Below, piece by piece: positions 40,901 through 53,437 of a stretch of DNA of 64,000 nt. Numbering within the stretch: the stretch's first letter is position 1; every line of letters begins with the position of its first letter. This stretch comes from Balamuthia mandrillaris (taxonomy: Eukaryota), in NCBI GenBank assembly GCA_031835245.2, contig JAVKOQ020000059.1:62001-126000 (forward strand). The letters are read 5' to 3'. The position numbers and the translations under genes were made by a program. The notes beneath the pieces were generated by a model, which saw only the letters and a program-made list of their open reading frames with translations, did not search any database and was not told the origin of the DNA.

Positions 40901-41823
40901 TTCAAGCAGTCGATCAAAGTCTTAGGAGATGGTTCTCTCTCTCTCTCTCTTTTGGCTTCGTTCGTTACGTAAACCTCTCTTTAACCCAATGATTCATAAA
41001 CTAGGTGGTGCGCATTATACCAACTGGAAGCACCGTTTCTTTGTGCTAAAGTATAACTTTTTGGCTTACTTCAAGTCTGATAAGGTTCTTTGGCTCTCTC
41101 TCTCTCTTTCTCTCCTTTTCGCTTGCTCTCGTGGTTTTCTTATCGCCTTTGGTTTTTATAGGAAACATCTCCGTTGAAAGTCTGTTGTCTAGGTAAACCT
41201 CTTCTCTTTGAACAACACATGGTTTAAAAAAAAATAACTCCTTTCCTTCAACAAACGAACACACAAAAGACAACTTCATGTTGCAATATGTGACAGCGAT
41301 TCCGAACGAGTACATATTCGACGAAGGCAACGCGACCATGAAAATAACAAGCAACATCAACTCCCATCAACACCAACACGGAGGAGGAGAATCCTCCTCC
41401 TCTTCTCTCTCCCCTTCCTCCTCTTCTTCCACCGCCTCTTCCGCCTCGGATAGCAACAACAACACGGGAAAGACATGGCGACCCTCCAAACACCGAAAGT
41501 TTTGCTTCAAGATCATCGCAAAGACCCAGTATTTGGAGTACTGGCTGGCCTCTGGCGACAGAGCCACCTTGAATCGCTGGTACCTGGAATGCCTTCGCTC
41601 CAAGCCGTGGTACGAAAGAGGCTACGAACATTACGATGCTATATTAACCTCTGCCGCTTCCTCCTCCTCATCATCATCATCATCTTCTGCTTCAACGATG
41701 GAAGGAGGTGGAGGAGGAGCAGCAGGAGACCGCTCGCTCCTTGGAAAGGCTTCCTCCTCGACGCGAAGCGTGCGTAACCTGCCCTTGTGGGCGAAGAAGC
41801 AGGTGGCCTCTCGCCCTGGTTGA
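36390..41823 (+). CDS. STE-group (Cdc15/Cdc7/MAP3K-epsilon-like) Ser/Thr kinase with coiled coil and C-terminal PH domain; many micro-exons
   Basis: Spliced IGRGFFGVVYK, VAIK, HRDIKGSNIL, LADFG, GSPYWMAPE, SDIWSLG; PH domain GYLFKQ..NWKHRFFVLK..NRWY. Confidence 0.88.
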
Positions 41824-42027
41824 ACTGGTGCTGCTGCTGTCCTGCTTTTGACCTCGTTTTGTGGTCTCTTACCAACCTCCGTGACGACATGGTATATCCG
41901 TGACGACATGAAATCACTATTTTATAATAATAAAAATTAACTTGTGGATAGTGGGAGTCGAACTGGGGGAGAAACGACGACAAAAAATAAATTAAAGAAG
42001 AAAAAAAGCGAAGAAAGACGATCAAAG

Positions 42028-43020
42028 ATGAGCGGCGTTCGCGGACTGGGCCATTCCATCCCCTCTCTCTCGAGGGATTTCTTTCGGCTTGGCCCGGTGG
42101 GGGTGGTGTCCCCTGCCACAAAAACACTGACTTTATCAACAACCACCACCACCAAAGCCTCTTCCTCCGCTATCCGTCATGTTTCTTATTTTTCCTCTCA
42201 TCTTTGCGGCCGTCCCTCCTCGGCAGCAGCTTATGCTCACTCCACGCGCTTCCTTCCTGCTCTCCTCCTCTCCTCTCCTGCCTCCTCCTTCTCCTCTTCA
42301 AGAAGAACCTACGCCAGAACCTTTCCAAAGGCACCCCCCACCACGGACCCTCCTCCTTCCAGCAAACAAGGCCTCATCCGCAACTGGGCCATCCAGGACA
42401 ACGAGGTCACCCTCATCGACGCCGAAGGGAAGAAGGTGGGGGTGGTGCCCCTGGAGAAGGCCATCCACCGCGCCAAGAAGCAGCGCATGGACCTGGTGGA
42501 GATGGTTCCCTCCAAGACCGACCGTGACGGCAAGCACGTCCCTCCCATTTGCAAAATCATGGACGCCCTCTCCCACCAACCCAACGCGCCGCTCCGCAAA
42601 TCCACCGGCCTCTCCTCCTCCTCCTCCGCTTCTTCTTCCTCTGCCACCCCAAAGATGAAAGAGATCCGCTTCAGCAATGTCATCCAGGAGCACGACGTGC
42701 AGGTGAAGATGGACAAGGTCTTCAACTTCCTGCTCAAGGGCCACCCCGTGAAGCTCACCGTGTTCTTCAACAATGTCCGCGACTTTGACGCGGAGCTCGG
42801 CGAGGCCATCCTCTCCAACCTCATGGAGAGGATCGGCGAGTACGTGACGGGACCCTCCTCCCCCGCCCCCATCTACTCCGCCAAGAGCCTCTTCCACGTG
42901 GTGCAGCCTAAGAGGAACATCGCGGAGATCGTGCAGAGGCAGAGGAGGGAGGAGGAGAGGCAGGAGGAGGAGGAGCGGCAAAGGCTGGAGAGAGAGAAAG
43001 AGGAGATGAAGATGGAATGA
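42028..43020 (+). CDS. Translation initiation factor IF-3, mitochondrial, intronless
   Basis: Ser/Arg-rich presequence; NWAIQDNEVTLIDAEGKKVGV, MDLVEM, PPICKIMD, KEIRFSNVIQEHDVQVK. Confidence 0.88.
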   Translation: MSGVRGLGHSIPSLSRDFFRLGPVGVVSPATKTLTLSTTTTTKASSSAIRHVSYFSSHLCGRPSSAAAYAHSTRFLPALLLSSPASSFSSSRRTYARTFPKAPPTTDPPPSSKQGLIRNWAIQDNEVTLIDAEGKKVGVVPLEKAIHRAKKQRMDLVEMVPSKTDRDGKHVPPICKIMDALSHQPNAPLRKSTGLSSSSSASSSSATPKMKEIRFSNVIQEHDVQVKMDKVFNFLLKGHPVKLTVFFNNVRDFDAELGEAILSNLMERIGEYVTGPSSPAPIYSAKSLFHVVQPKRNIAEIVQRQRREEERQEEEERQRLEREKEEMKME

Positions 43021-43171
43021 TCCTGCTTTTGTTGTTGTTGTGTTTCAGTAAGTTAAAAAAAAAAAGAAGTTCTTCTCGTCTCCCTTCTCTTCTCTTCTCA
43101 TCCCTGTTTCTTTTTCCTCTCTCGCTCTTCTTCTTCTCGCATGTGTTTGCTTGGTGAGTTGCTATACAGCT

Positions 43172-46100
43172 TCAATCATCGTCCGATGAAGACAAATCTC
43201 CTCTCCTTCTCCTTCTCCTCCTCTTGGCCTCCTCCTCATCTTCCTCCTCCTCCTCCTTCTTTCCCTTCCCCTTTTTGCCTCCTTTCCCTCCTTTGCCTCC
43301 TTTACCTCCTCCAACTTCTTCATCCGTATCTCTTTCTTCTCCTCCTTTGCTCCCTCCTCCGCCTCCTCTTCCTCCCACTCTCTCCGCTGAGACAGCGGCA
43401 ATCTTCTCCGGTGAGAGCAGCTTGAGGAACTTGTTGGGACGCAACGCGATGGAGCCACCCATCAGCACCTCTCTCCTCTGCTCTCTCGTGACTTCGTAGG
43501 CGCAACGCAGCTCCGAGTAGGTCATTCCACCGGCGATGAAGACGATCAAGCGAGCTCCATCCATGTCGTCTTCTCCAAGTACGTCCCCTCCTGCTCTGGC
43601 ATTCGAGGAAGAGGAGGAACCGCCGTTGTTCTTCGAGAGCATGGATTTCTTGCGGTCGCTCTTGAGGGAGCGAGAGCGGGACTTGCTGCTGCCACTGCTG
43701 GATTTGCTGCTGCTCTCGGAGATCTCCCCGTTGACGCAAGGAAACTCTTTTACGGAGAGATCTCCTGAAAGTGCATCCTATTTGAAGACCAATTTATATG
43801 TTTGAGAAATGAGGAGCAAAACAAGAAAAAGAAGTAAAAGAGAACAAGAAAAGAAAAAAAGAAACAAACCTCTAAAATCTCTTTAACAACAGGTACATAG
43901 CGAGAAACAAGGTACGGGACTTGTTCGTCTCCGCTCTTCTTCTTCTTTTTTTCTTTGCGAGTTTGCGATTTTTGGCCTTTTATTCCCTTTTGTTTTTGTT
44001 TAAGTTAAATTCTGTTTGTTTCCTAAAACTTAACAAACAGAAAGAGAGAAAGAGAGAAACCTTTCCCAAGGTAATACCGAGAAGCTCCAAGTTGGTAACG
44101 ATCTCTCTCTCGCTCCCTTCGAGGCCAGCCATGTTCATCATCTTCTCCTGGTCGCTTTGCTTGAGGCCTTCCACGGCAGCCAAAAATAATATCAATAGCC
44201 TCAATTTATCTTTCAAACTGATTGTAGGAAAGAATGAGAAAAAATAAAAGCGAGTGAGAAGAGAAGGAAAACGAACGGAATAGAATCTTGGTCCAAGAGT
44301 TTGGAAACAGCGCCAACGATGGAGCTCTGCTTCACTTTCTCGCCCTCTGCACCGACTCCTGTTGCCACGTCCTTTATTTTCATTCAAAAAAGTTAGAGAG
44401 AATGACACAGAAAAAAAGGAGAAGAAAAGAAAGGAACCTGTTCAGCCAAAGCGATTTTCTCTAACTCTCTGGCTTTGTACTGGTCCATACATTCTCCTGC
44501 TAAGCGAATGTGCAGAGAATACTGTTTTTTTGGTTAACCCAACACCAAACAAAAATAAAAGACAAAACAAAAAGGAAAGAGAAGGGAAAAAAAACCTTCT
44601 CAGCAATTTCTTGAAACTGAGGCATCTCTTTCATGGCAGCCGTCATTTGTTTCAACGTGGCAACTCCTTTTTTATAGTTGTCCTTCAGCTCTGAGACTTT
44701 ATTGGTCCTGATAAAGTCGTTAAAGTCGTCGATGACGCGATTAATACAATCTGCGATGTGCATGTGACGGAGACGGGGCCACAAGAAGTCGTGCTCATCG
44801 AGCAGAACTTGTTTTTGAGCTTTGATGTCTCCGTTCTCGTAGGTGTATCTGTAGCAGTGAGAGAGAGACCAAAAGTAAGAACAATCGATATAAACAATTA
44901 TTTGAGGGAGTGAGTAATGAACATAATAAGAGGAGAAAGAAAGCAATGTTTTAATACGTACTCAAAGGTACAATCGCCTTTGATTTTCAATACATCGTAG
45001 ACCATGGCTTGGTAGGTGAACTCATGCAAAAAGGGAGCTAACACATCTACCTTTCGGTCCAGGATCAACAAAGTCGCTCTGTCGTCACCGCTTTGCTGTT
45101 TGTTTTTGTTTATTCATATTTGAATATGAGAAAAAAGAAAAGAAAAAAATGAAAACAGAAGAAAATACCTTGAGTTGCTTCTTTTCTTCGCGAGATAACG
45201 AGGAAAGTTTATCGGCAGTGGCCTCTGCAATGGCCGTTGCGATGGGAGAACGAGAATGACGCACTAAAGGAAACTCTCCCAAAGTAGTACACAGCGTTGC
45301 CAACTGGGAAACGGGAGTACAAATAAGTTCCAGAAAACAAAAGGAAGTAGAAAGAAAGGGAGAAGAATGAAGGAAGAAACAAGAAGCAGATACATACCTT
45401 GGCGGCACTCTTTTGTACTTCATAAGCCTGTTGAGTGTCATCAAGGGCAAACAGACGTATAAATCCTTCCGGAGAGTCCAGATGGAATCCTTGAGACTCG
45501 AATCCTTTTTTTTTTGTTTGTTTGTTTCGATAAATAAAAAAAATCGAAACAAAAGGCAGAAATTAATGGAGGAGACCAAAGTTACCAATAAAGTCAAGGT
45601 TAAGCTCCATGAATGATTTTATGTGAGAATGGACTTTGCTCTTTCTCAGTTTTAGGAAGAGCTCTTTACTCAACCCTGTTTCAAATGAAGATGAGAACAG
45701 CAAGGCAGAGGGAGTGAGAGAGAGAGAGAGAGAAACGAGAACATACGTGAAGTAAAGAACAAATGCACCGCTTTGTACTGGTGAACTTTCTTGTTGCGAG
45801 CTCTGGCCTTTGGGTCCCAGTCTCGAATGAGGAAGTCCACCGACTCAGCGTTTGGCGTCAAAAAATAGATGGCCTCTAGTTTGGGCAGAGGTTGCCGGTT
45901 CACAGAAACACTTTCCACCACTGTTCAAGCAAAGAAGAGAAGAAGGAAGAACAACATAGAAGTTAATACGAGGAACACGAGGAAGAGAAGGAAAAGAAGA
46001 GGGGGAGAAGGAGCAAAAGGAGGAGAAGGAAAAGAAAGGTTGAAGGAAGCGATGGAAGAAGAAACTGAAGTAGAAGCAGAACAAAGAACAATATTCAACA

Positions 46101-46409
46101 GAAATGCAGCAAAGTAACAAAGACGAAAGAGAGCGAGAGAGAGAGAACCAGTGACACCAGCCTGAAGCACATCATACATGCGACAGGCAGCAGAAAGGAT
46201 CCTGGCGCTCTGATCGTCCACCAAGAGCACTTTCCAGTCCTCCTCCTCATTGCTCCTCACTGCCCCAATCATGTCCTGAAGAATGCCTTAAAAATCAAAA
46301 AAAAAAAGATTAAGGAGATGAAAACGTCTCGACGAGAATAAAAAAAAAAAACAAAAACTGTTTGATGATGATGAAACATACGTTTTCGAACGAGTTTCTG
46401 GATGCTCAT
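43172..46409 (-). CDS. Sec1/Munc18 (STXBP) family SM protein
   Basis: WKVLLVD, RQPLPKLEAIYFLTP, LLILDR..APFLHEFTYQAM, LWPRLRHMHIA, SRYVP, IVFIAGGMTYSELR. Confidence 0.95.
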
Positions 46410-46943
46410 GTTGAAAAAAAAAGAAACCCAAAAGGGCAAAAACAAAAACCACACACACACACCACCAAAGAGTTAATCCAAAATCAATTCGCTCCTGCTA
46501 CTCTTTTTTTTATTTTTTCTTTTCTCTCCTCAAAAAAAAAAAAATTGGTTTTTTCTATTTTTGCAACAAAAAATCGTTAAATTTCTGAACGGAGACTCCT
46601 CAAACCTTGCAATTAAAAAAATATCCGAAAGAATTTGACCCCTCAATCCCGATGAAAATTTGCCGAACAAAGGATGACTCCTCTTGTCGACCAAATTTCG
46701 ATAATTTGTCGACATGTTTGAGGGGTCGCCCCCAGCAGAAAGAAAGAGAAAAGAAAAGGGAGCAAGACGTCTCGGCGTGCGATCGCATCTTCTTCGTTCG
46801 TCGTAGCTGCTGCTGTTGTCGTTTCGTTTTTTTTTTCCCTCCTCTATTTATCACTCGTTTTTTTTTCTCCAACTTCTTCTCTCTCTCTCTCTCTTGCTTT
46901 TGTGGTGCTGCAACGAGTGAGTGAAAGAAAAAAAAGGGGGAGG

Positions 46944-49900
46944 ATGAAGATCAAGGACGCTAAAAGCTGGTTGGAATGCTTGGTACGCTGTTCCGTTTCA
47001 CATGACGATCCTTTTTCCTCAAAAAAGAGTTTGATCGTTGTTATTTATTCTTTTTTTGGGGTCACTCATTTCTGTTTTAACAACTGTAGGACGAAGCCGA
47101 CTTTCCGCACGAGGAGGACGTGCTGCGCAACCCATACAGCCTCAAAAGCTGGATCCGCTACTTGGACTTTAAGAGCGATGCCCCTCCTCACGTCAAGAAC
47201 GTGCTCTACGAGCGGGCCGTGAGGGAGCTGCCTGGAAGCTACAAGCTCTGGCACCGCTATCTCTCCGAGCGGCGAGCACAGGTGAAGGGAACGCCGCCCT
47301 TTGGTCCTCACATGGAGGCCGTCAACACGGCTTTTGAGCGCGCTCTTGTCTACATGCACAAGGTTTGGCTCTTTTTCGTTGCTCTTCTCGTTTTATCGTT
47401 CTCTTCTCTCGTTCTCCTTTCCTTTCTGCTTCTTCTCTCTCTCTTTCTCTCTTCTCCTTCTCTCCTCTGTTATTTCAATACTTACCACATGCAAAAAACA
47501 GATGCCTCGCATTTGGGTAGATTACTGCACTCTCTTGACACAACAGCCAGGCAAGGTCACACACACCCGCCGCACTTTTGACAGAGCCCTGCGGGCCTTG
47601 CCTGTCACTCAACACGACAGGATATGGCCGCTCTACGTGGAGTGGGTGCGCAAAGTAGCAATCCCCGAAACAACTCTTCGTGTGTATCGTCGATATCTCA
47701 AGGTAAGCTTTCTTCCTTTGTTCATCTTGCTTCTTGCTCCATGCTTCATCCACCTTTCTTATTCTTTAGTCTTTCCATTCTGTTTATCTCACCCCAACTA
47801 CTTTGTGTATTGTAGACCTTTCCGGAAGTTGCTGAAGATTACATAGAGTACTTGCTCTCAGTCGGTTATATTAACGAGGCCGTTCACAAGTTGGCAGAGA
47901 TCGTCAATGACACCCACTTCCACTCACAAAAGGGCCAATCCAAGCATCAACTCTGGCTCAAGCTTTGCGAGCTCATTTCCAAATATCCCAAGCAGATCAC
48001 CGGGTTGAAGTCCGAAGCCATCCTTAGAGAGGGCATCCGGCATTTCACTGATGAGGTCGGACAGCTTTGGGTAGCGCTAGCTGAGTATTATATTCGTTTG
48101 GCCAATTTTGAAAAGGTTTTTTTCCCTTACCTATTTATCTGCTACCTCTTCTTTCTTCCTGCCTCGTTTCTTCCAAGCAAACTTTCCTTTCATCGCTAAC
48201 ATCCATTCAAACAAAGGCAAGAGATGTCTTTGAGGAGGGCATCAACACAGTCATGACGGTCAGAGACTTTAGTCAGATATGGGACGCTTACACTCGCTTT
48301 GAGGATGGAATGATTGAGTCACAAATGGAAATGCAAGCAGAGGCAGAAGGAGAGGAGAGTGACATTGACTTTGACCTTCGGATTGCTCGCTACGAGAATC
48401 TGATCAACCAACGGCCGTTGCTGTTGAGCAGCGTTGTTCTTCGACAGAACCCTCACAACGTTCATGAATGGCATAAGCGTGCGAAGATATTTCATGACAA
48501 CCCTGTAGAGGTTTGTTTTGTATTTTTTTCATGTTTTTTATTTCTTTTTTGCTTTCCTCCTCTTCCTTTAGCACTCTTTATTCTTTATTCTTTTACGTTC
48601 TCTTTCTTCCGATTTCTAAAACAATTCTTTCATAAAGAGAGCAAAAGTATATGCAGAAGCAGTGAGAACAGTCGACACAAAGAAAGCAACAGGCAAGCCC
48701 CACTCGCTTTGGGTGAGCTACGCCAAGCTCTACGAGAAAGGCGGAGACTTGGATTCTGCACGTCAGATCTTTGCCAAGGCCGCTCAGGTGGAGTACCGCA
48801 GTGTGGATGACTTGGCCTCCATATGGTGTGAATATGCCGAAATGGAGCTGCGTAATCAGTATGTTTAACCATTCTTCTGTTTTTTGCTCCTTGTATTCTT
48901 TTTATATTTCTCCGTTTTAGCAACGGCTAATCTCAACTTTTTATTTTTGAAACAGAAACTACAAAGAAGCTCTCAAAGTCTTAGAAAAAGCGACAGTTGT
49001 CCCGCGAATCACCAAAGTGTCTGGCGACCAACCCGTCCAAAAGCGCCTCTTCAAGTCCACCAAGCTCTGGAGCTTCTACGCCGACGTGGAGGAGAGCCTA
49101 GGCACCTTTATGTCCACAAAAGCCATCTACGACCGCATGATCGAGCTGCGGATAACAACGCCGCAGATCATTCTCAACTATGCCACTTTCTTGGAGGAGA
49201 ACAATTACTTTGAAGAGTCCTTCAAGGCCTATGAGAAGGGTGTCTCCTTGTTTGAGTTCCCCTATGTGATGGATTTGTGGGTGGCTTATCTCACTAAGTT
49301 CGTGGCTCGCTATGTACGTCTCTCCTTCTCTTTCTCGCTCTCCTTTATCTCCTCTATTTATTACTCGTGTTTCTCTACGGCTTCTCTCTCTCTCTCTCTC
49401 TCTCTCTCGATTTGTTTCGATGTCTCATCAACAACCACTCAAACAAAAAAAAAGGGTGGGAAAAAACTGGAGCGAATTCGGGACCTCTTCGAACAGGCAC
49501 TGGAGGGCGTTCCGCCCAAGGAAGCCAAAACCTTGTATCTTATGTACGCTCACGTGGAGGAGCAGTACGGCCTCGCCAGGCACGCCATGAGCGTCTACGA
49601 CAGAGCCTGCAGGGCCGTCGTCGACGATGACAAACCTTTTGTACGTTTACCATCCTTGTTGTTCCTTTCTTCCTCGTTTCTCTCTTTCTCGTCCTCGTTT
49701 TTGTTCTTTGTCGTTTCTTGCTTGCTTGCTTGCTTGTTTGCTGATTCTCATCCACTCTCGGGCGATTTCCTAACAGCTGTACACGATCTATCTATCGCGA
49801 GCGACCGAATTTTTCGGTGTCACAAAGACGAGAGAGATCTACGACCAGGCCATCGCCTCCCTGCCGGACAAGTACGTCAAGGACATGTGCCTTAAGTACG

Positions 49901-50587
49901 CCGACCTGGAGAGGAAGCTCGGAGAGATCGACCGCGCCAGGGCCGTCTACACTCATGCCTCTCAGTACTGCGATCCAAGGGTAACTCGCTTCAACTTTCT
50001 TCTCTCTTCTTATCTCCTTCATCTTCTAACATTTCCTCACACGAAAAAAATGAAAGACCGAAAAAGAATTTTGGGAGGTGTGGCAAAAGTTCGAAGTGCG
50101 ACATGGCAACGAGGACACCTTCCGAGAGATGCTTCGCATCAAGCGCAGCGTGCAGGCCCAATATAGCATCCAAGTCAACGTCATGTCGGCCGAGATGATG
50201 GCCTCTCTTGCCAACAAGCCACCGGAGCAACGAGCGGTTGCTCCCAGAGATGAAATGGCGGCATTAGAGGCTGCCATCGGACCAAAGAAAGATCTTGGCG
50301 GCCTTCCTCGAGTGGGAGCTGCTCCTGGGTCGACAGTTGTCTTCACGTCAGCAAAAGAGTTAGTTCCGGCAGTGCAGAATCCTGAGGAGATCTCTTTGGA
50401 GGATGAAGAGGAGGAGGAGGATGAAGAAGAAGAAGGAAAAGGAGGAAAGGCGATGGAAATTGAACAGAAGCAAGTTCCTCAAGCGGTGTTTGGTTCATTG
50501 GCGAGTGGAGGAGGAGAAGGAGCTTCCAGCGAAGGTGGAGAAGCGATGGGCGCTCTTGCTCGTCTTCGTCAACACAAAAGCAAGTAA
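46944..50587 (+). CDS. XAB2: Pre-mRNA splicing factor SYF1/XAB2 (HAT repeats)
   Basis: [73 protein letters not shown]. Confidence 0.97.
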
Positions 50588-50864
50588 AACCCCTTCTCTT
50601 CATCGTTCTTCCTCTCTTCTCTGTCCTTCTTTGCATTTGGTAAGCGCAAGTGGAGTGAGGAAAGAACGGCCAAAGAAAAGACGAAAGGGAGTACTCCCGC
50701 TGGTTGCTCGTAGTTTTAAAAGAACACACAGGCACAACAAAACAAAGAACAGAAAAAAAAAAAAAAACAATTCCAGAATCCTCTAACGTTATTTGACCAG
50801 CTAAATGAAACACACACAAAAAAAGGTCATATTCTCAAGCAGGAACGTTCGGAGCAAAAGCCTT

Positions 50865-51902
50865 TCAGAGCCAGAAAGCTGCCAGAGAAGCACCAGAAGA
50901 TGCCTCCTTATCGCCGTTGGAATTGTAGGCCACCACATTGCCATCGTAGGCATTGCCATCATAGCCAACATTGCCTCCATCATAGACCACATCACCTCCA
51001 TCGTAACCATCGTAGCCCACATCTCCTCCGTCGTAGACCACGTTGCCTCCATCATAACGGATGTCACCGCCATCATACGTTACGACATTTCCATCATAGC
51101 GAACGTCACCTCCATCATAATTCACCACGTTGCCTCCGTCATAGCGAACGTCGCCTCCATCGTACACCACGTTGCCTCCATCGTAACGGATGTCACCACC
51201 GTCATAACGGATATCACCGCCATCATAGCGGATGTCGCCTCCGTCGTACATTACGTTGCCTCCGTCGTAACCATCATAACGGATGTCACCTCCATCGTAG
51301 GTCACCACGTTGCCTCCGTCATAGCGGACATCGCCGCCATCGTAGGTCACCACGTTACCACCATCGTACCGGATGTCACCGCCATCGTAACGGATGTCGC
51401 CACCATCATAGCGGATGTCACCTCCATCGTACATCACATTTCCTCCATCATAACCATCGTAACGGATGTCGCCTCCATCGTAGGTTACTACATTACCATC
51501 GTAACGAATGTCACCGCCATCATAGCGAAGGTCACCTCCATCGTAACGGATGTCGCCACCATCGTAGGTCACCACGTTGCCTCCGTCATAGCGGATATCG
51601 CCGCCATCATAACGAACATCTCCTCCGTCGTAACGAATGTCACCACCATCGTAGCGGATGTCGCCGCCATCGTAGCGGACGTCACCTCCGTCGTACGCCA
51701 CATTACCGCCATCATAGCGGATGTCACCGCCATCGTAAGTCACGACGTTGCCACCGTCGTAACGGACGTCACCGCCATCATAGGTTACCACATCACCGTC
51801 GTAGCGCACATCGCCTCCACCATAGTTCACGTCCCCTCTCCCAGCCAACGCGGTCGCAGCGAAGAAGGCCAACACCAAGGAAAGTACCAGAACAGCCTTC
51901 AT
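50865..51902 (-). CDS. Secreted tandem-repeat protein, (YDGG[D/N][I/V]R/T)n, intronless, 345 aa
   Basis: Signal peptide MKAVLVLSLVLAFFAATALA; about 43 YDG units with synonymous variation; TATAAAA about 107 bp upstream. Confidence 0.88.
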   Translation of the reverse strand: MKAVLVLSLVLAFFAATALAGRGDVNYGGGDVRYDGDVVTYDGGDVRYDGGNVVTYDGGDIRYDGGNVAYDGGDVRYDGGDIRYDGGDIRYDGGDVRYDGGDIRYDGGNVVTYDGGDIRYDGGDLRYDGGDIRYDGNVVTYDGGDIRYDGYDGGNVMYDGGDIRYDGGDIRYDGGDIRYDGGNVVTYDGGDVRYDGGNVVTYDGGDIRYDGYDGGNVMYDGGDIRYDGGDIRYDGGDIRYDGGNVVYDGGDVRYDGGNVVNYDGGDVRYDGNVVTYDGGDIRYDGGNVVYDGGDVGYDGYDGGDVVYDGGNVGYDGNAYDGNVVAYNSNGDKEASSGASLAAFWL

Positions 51903-52008
51903 CTTTGTTTGTCAACAAGGTTTGTTGTTGTTGTTGTTGTTTTGATTGTTTTGTTATTCGTGTTTGCTGTTTGTGGAATGATGCAAGTTGGTTGAATGGC
52001 CTTGTTGG

Positions 52009-52015
52009 TTTTATA
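52009..52015 (-). promoter_or_regulatory. Candidate TATA box of the YDGG-repeat gene
   Basis: TATAAAA on the minus strand upstream of an A/C-rich 5' UTR. Confidence 0.5.
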
Positions 52016-52915
52016 GTTGGATGAGCGCTGCTTTATTTGGATGTGGTGGTGGTGTTGTTATTTTGAAGCCTCTCCTTGAGTTCTTCTCTATATTCCATCA
52101 AGAAGCTGCATGGAGGAAAGAATATTGTTATTGGCCTCATACGGGAGTAACCCCTCTCTACTCTAAGCGTGCTCTTTTGCATTTCTCCAGGAAATACACG
52201 AACAGGTTAGTTCGCCTCTTGGCTTCCCATTGTTTACATCCTTTGCCATGAGCATATATGTTGTGTCTGCGTTGCTGGGCTGCAATGCCCCATGAAATGC
52301 CTGTTAACACCCGTTGTGCTGACGTTGCCTCTCCTAACGAGACAGCGCTGTTGGAATGGTATGAGAGGTCGCTTGGTGCAAGCTTTGAAGTTGGGATGGT
52401 GTGGTAGATATGAGGTTGGCTTCCATCGGCGGTGTAGAGGTGCAGATGTGGCATCCAGGCACCGGTTCCACTGGCAGTCCAGTGGACTGGCGCCTGACCG
52501 GGCTGGAATGACTGGCTATGCCTGCTACTTAATGTGGCCACTCAATGAAGCAAAAAGAAGAAGAGGAACAAGAAGAAGCAGAAGAACAAGAAGAAGAACA
52601 AGAAGAAGAAGAAGAACAACAAGAACAACAACAAGAAGAAGAAGAAGAAGAACAAGAAGAAGAAGAGGAACAAGAAGAAGAACAAGAAGAAGAAGAAGAA
52701 CAAGAAGAAGCACAAGAAGAAGAAGAGGAACAAGAAGAAGAAGAAGAAGAACAAGAAGAAGAACAAGAAGAACAAGAAGAAGCACAAGAAGAAGAAGAGG
52801 AACAAGAAGAAGAAGAACGAGATGAAGAAGAATCACGAGGGTCGCATCATGTCGTCTTGAAACTGGCCAACAAAACAAGAAAAAAAAAAAGGCCGTCGAA
52901 GAGAGAACGGAACCG

Positions 52916-53392
52916 ATGGAGAGCACAACAACAACAAGCAACGCAACCACGGGGGTGGCCACCAAGTGGGTGTTGGGCGCTGCGGCCCTTGCTGGGGCGG
53001 TAGGAGTGGGATGGTACGTGCTGAACCGCAAGGTCACTGTGAAAAAACGTCCTGAGGACGTTCAAGGTAAAAAAAAACACACACACACACAGCATCCATC
53101 TCTCGCTCTCTTGTGCGATTGACGTTGAAAACTTTTTCCCACAACAAAAAAATGAAAAATGAAAAGCGATGATGTTTCGTTTTGTGTGCGATGGAGTGGC
53201 CGTGCTCCGTGACAGTAGCGCGCCACTGGAAAGACAGATTGAGGCCGCTATGGCGCTGCACAAGCTCTCTCTTATGGCCGACGGTACAGACCTTTTCTCT
53301 CTCTCCTTCTTCTCTCTATTCTCTTTTGTTTTCTCTCTCTCTCTTTCTTTCGTTCTTTCTTTCTTTCTCTCTCTTTCTCTATTCTCTTTTGT

Positions 53393-53437
<45 letters not shown>

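Noticed and set aside
50930..51830. CRISPR-like appearance of the 21-24-bp repeats
   Set aside because: Contiguous coding repeats with no unique spacers and no cas genes; eukaryotic context
50805..52024. Long plus-strand ORFs (V/I/T-rich and H/R-rich) over the YDGG gene
   Set aside because: Antisense readings of the tandem repeat; only the minus frame has a signal peptide and a conserved peptide unit
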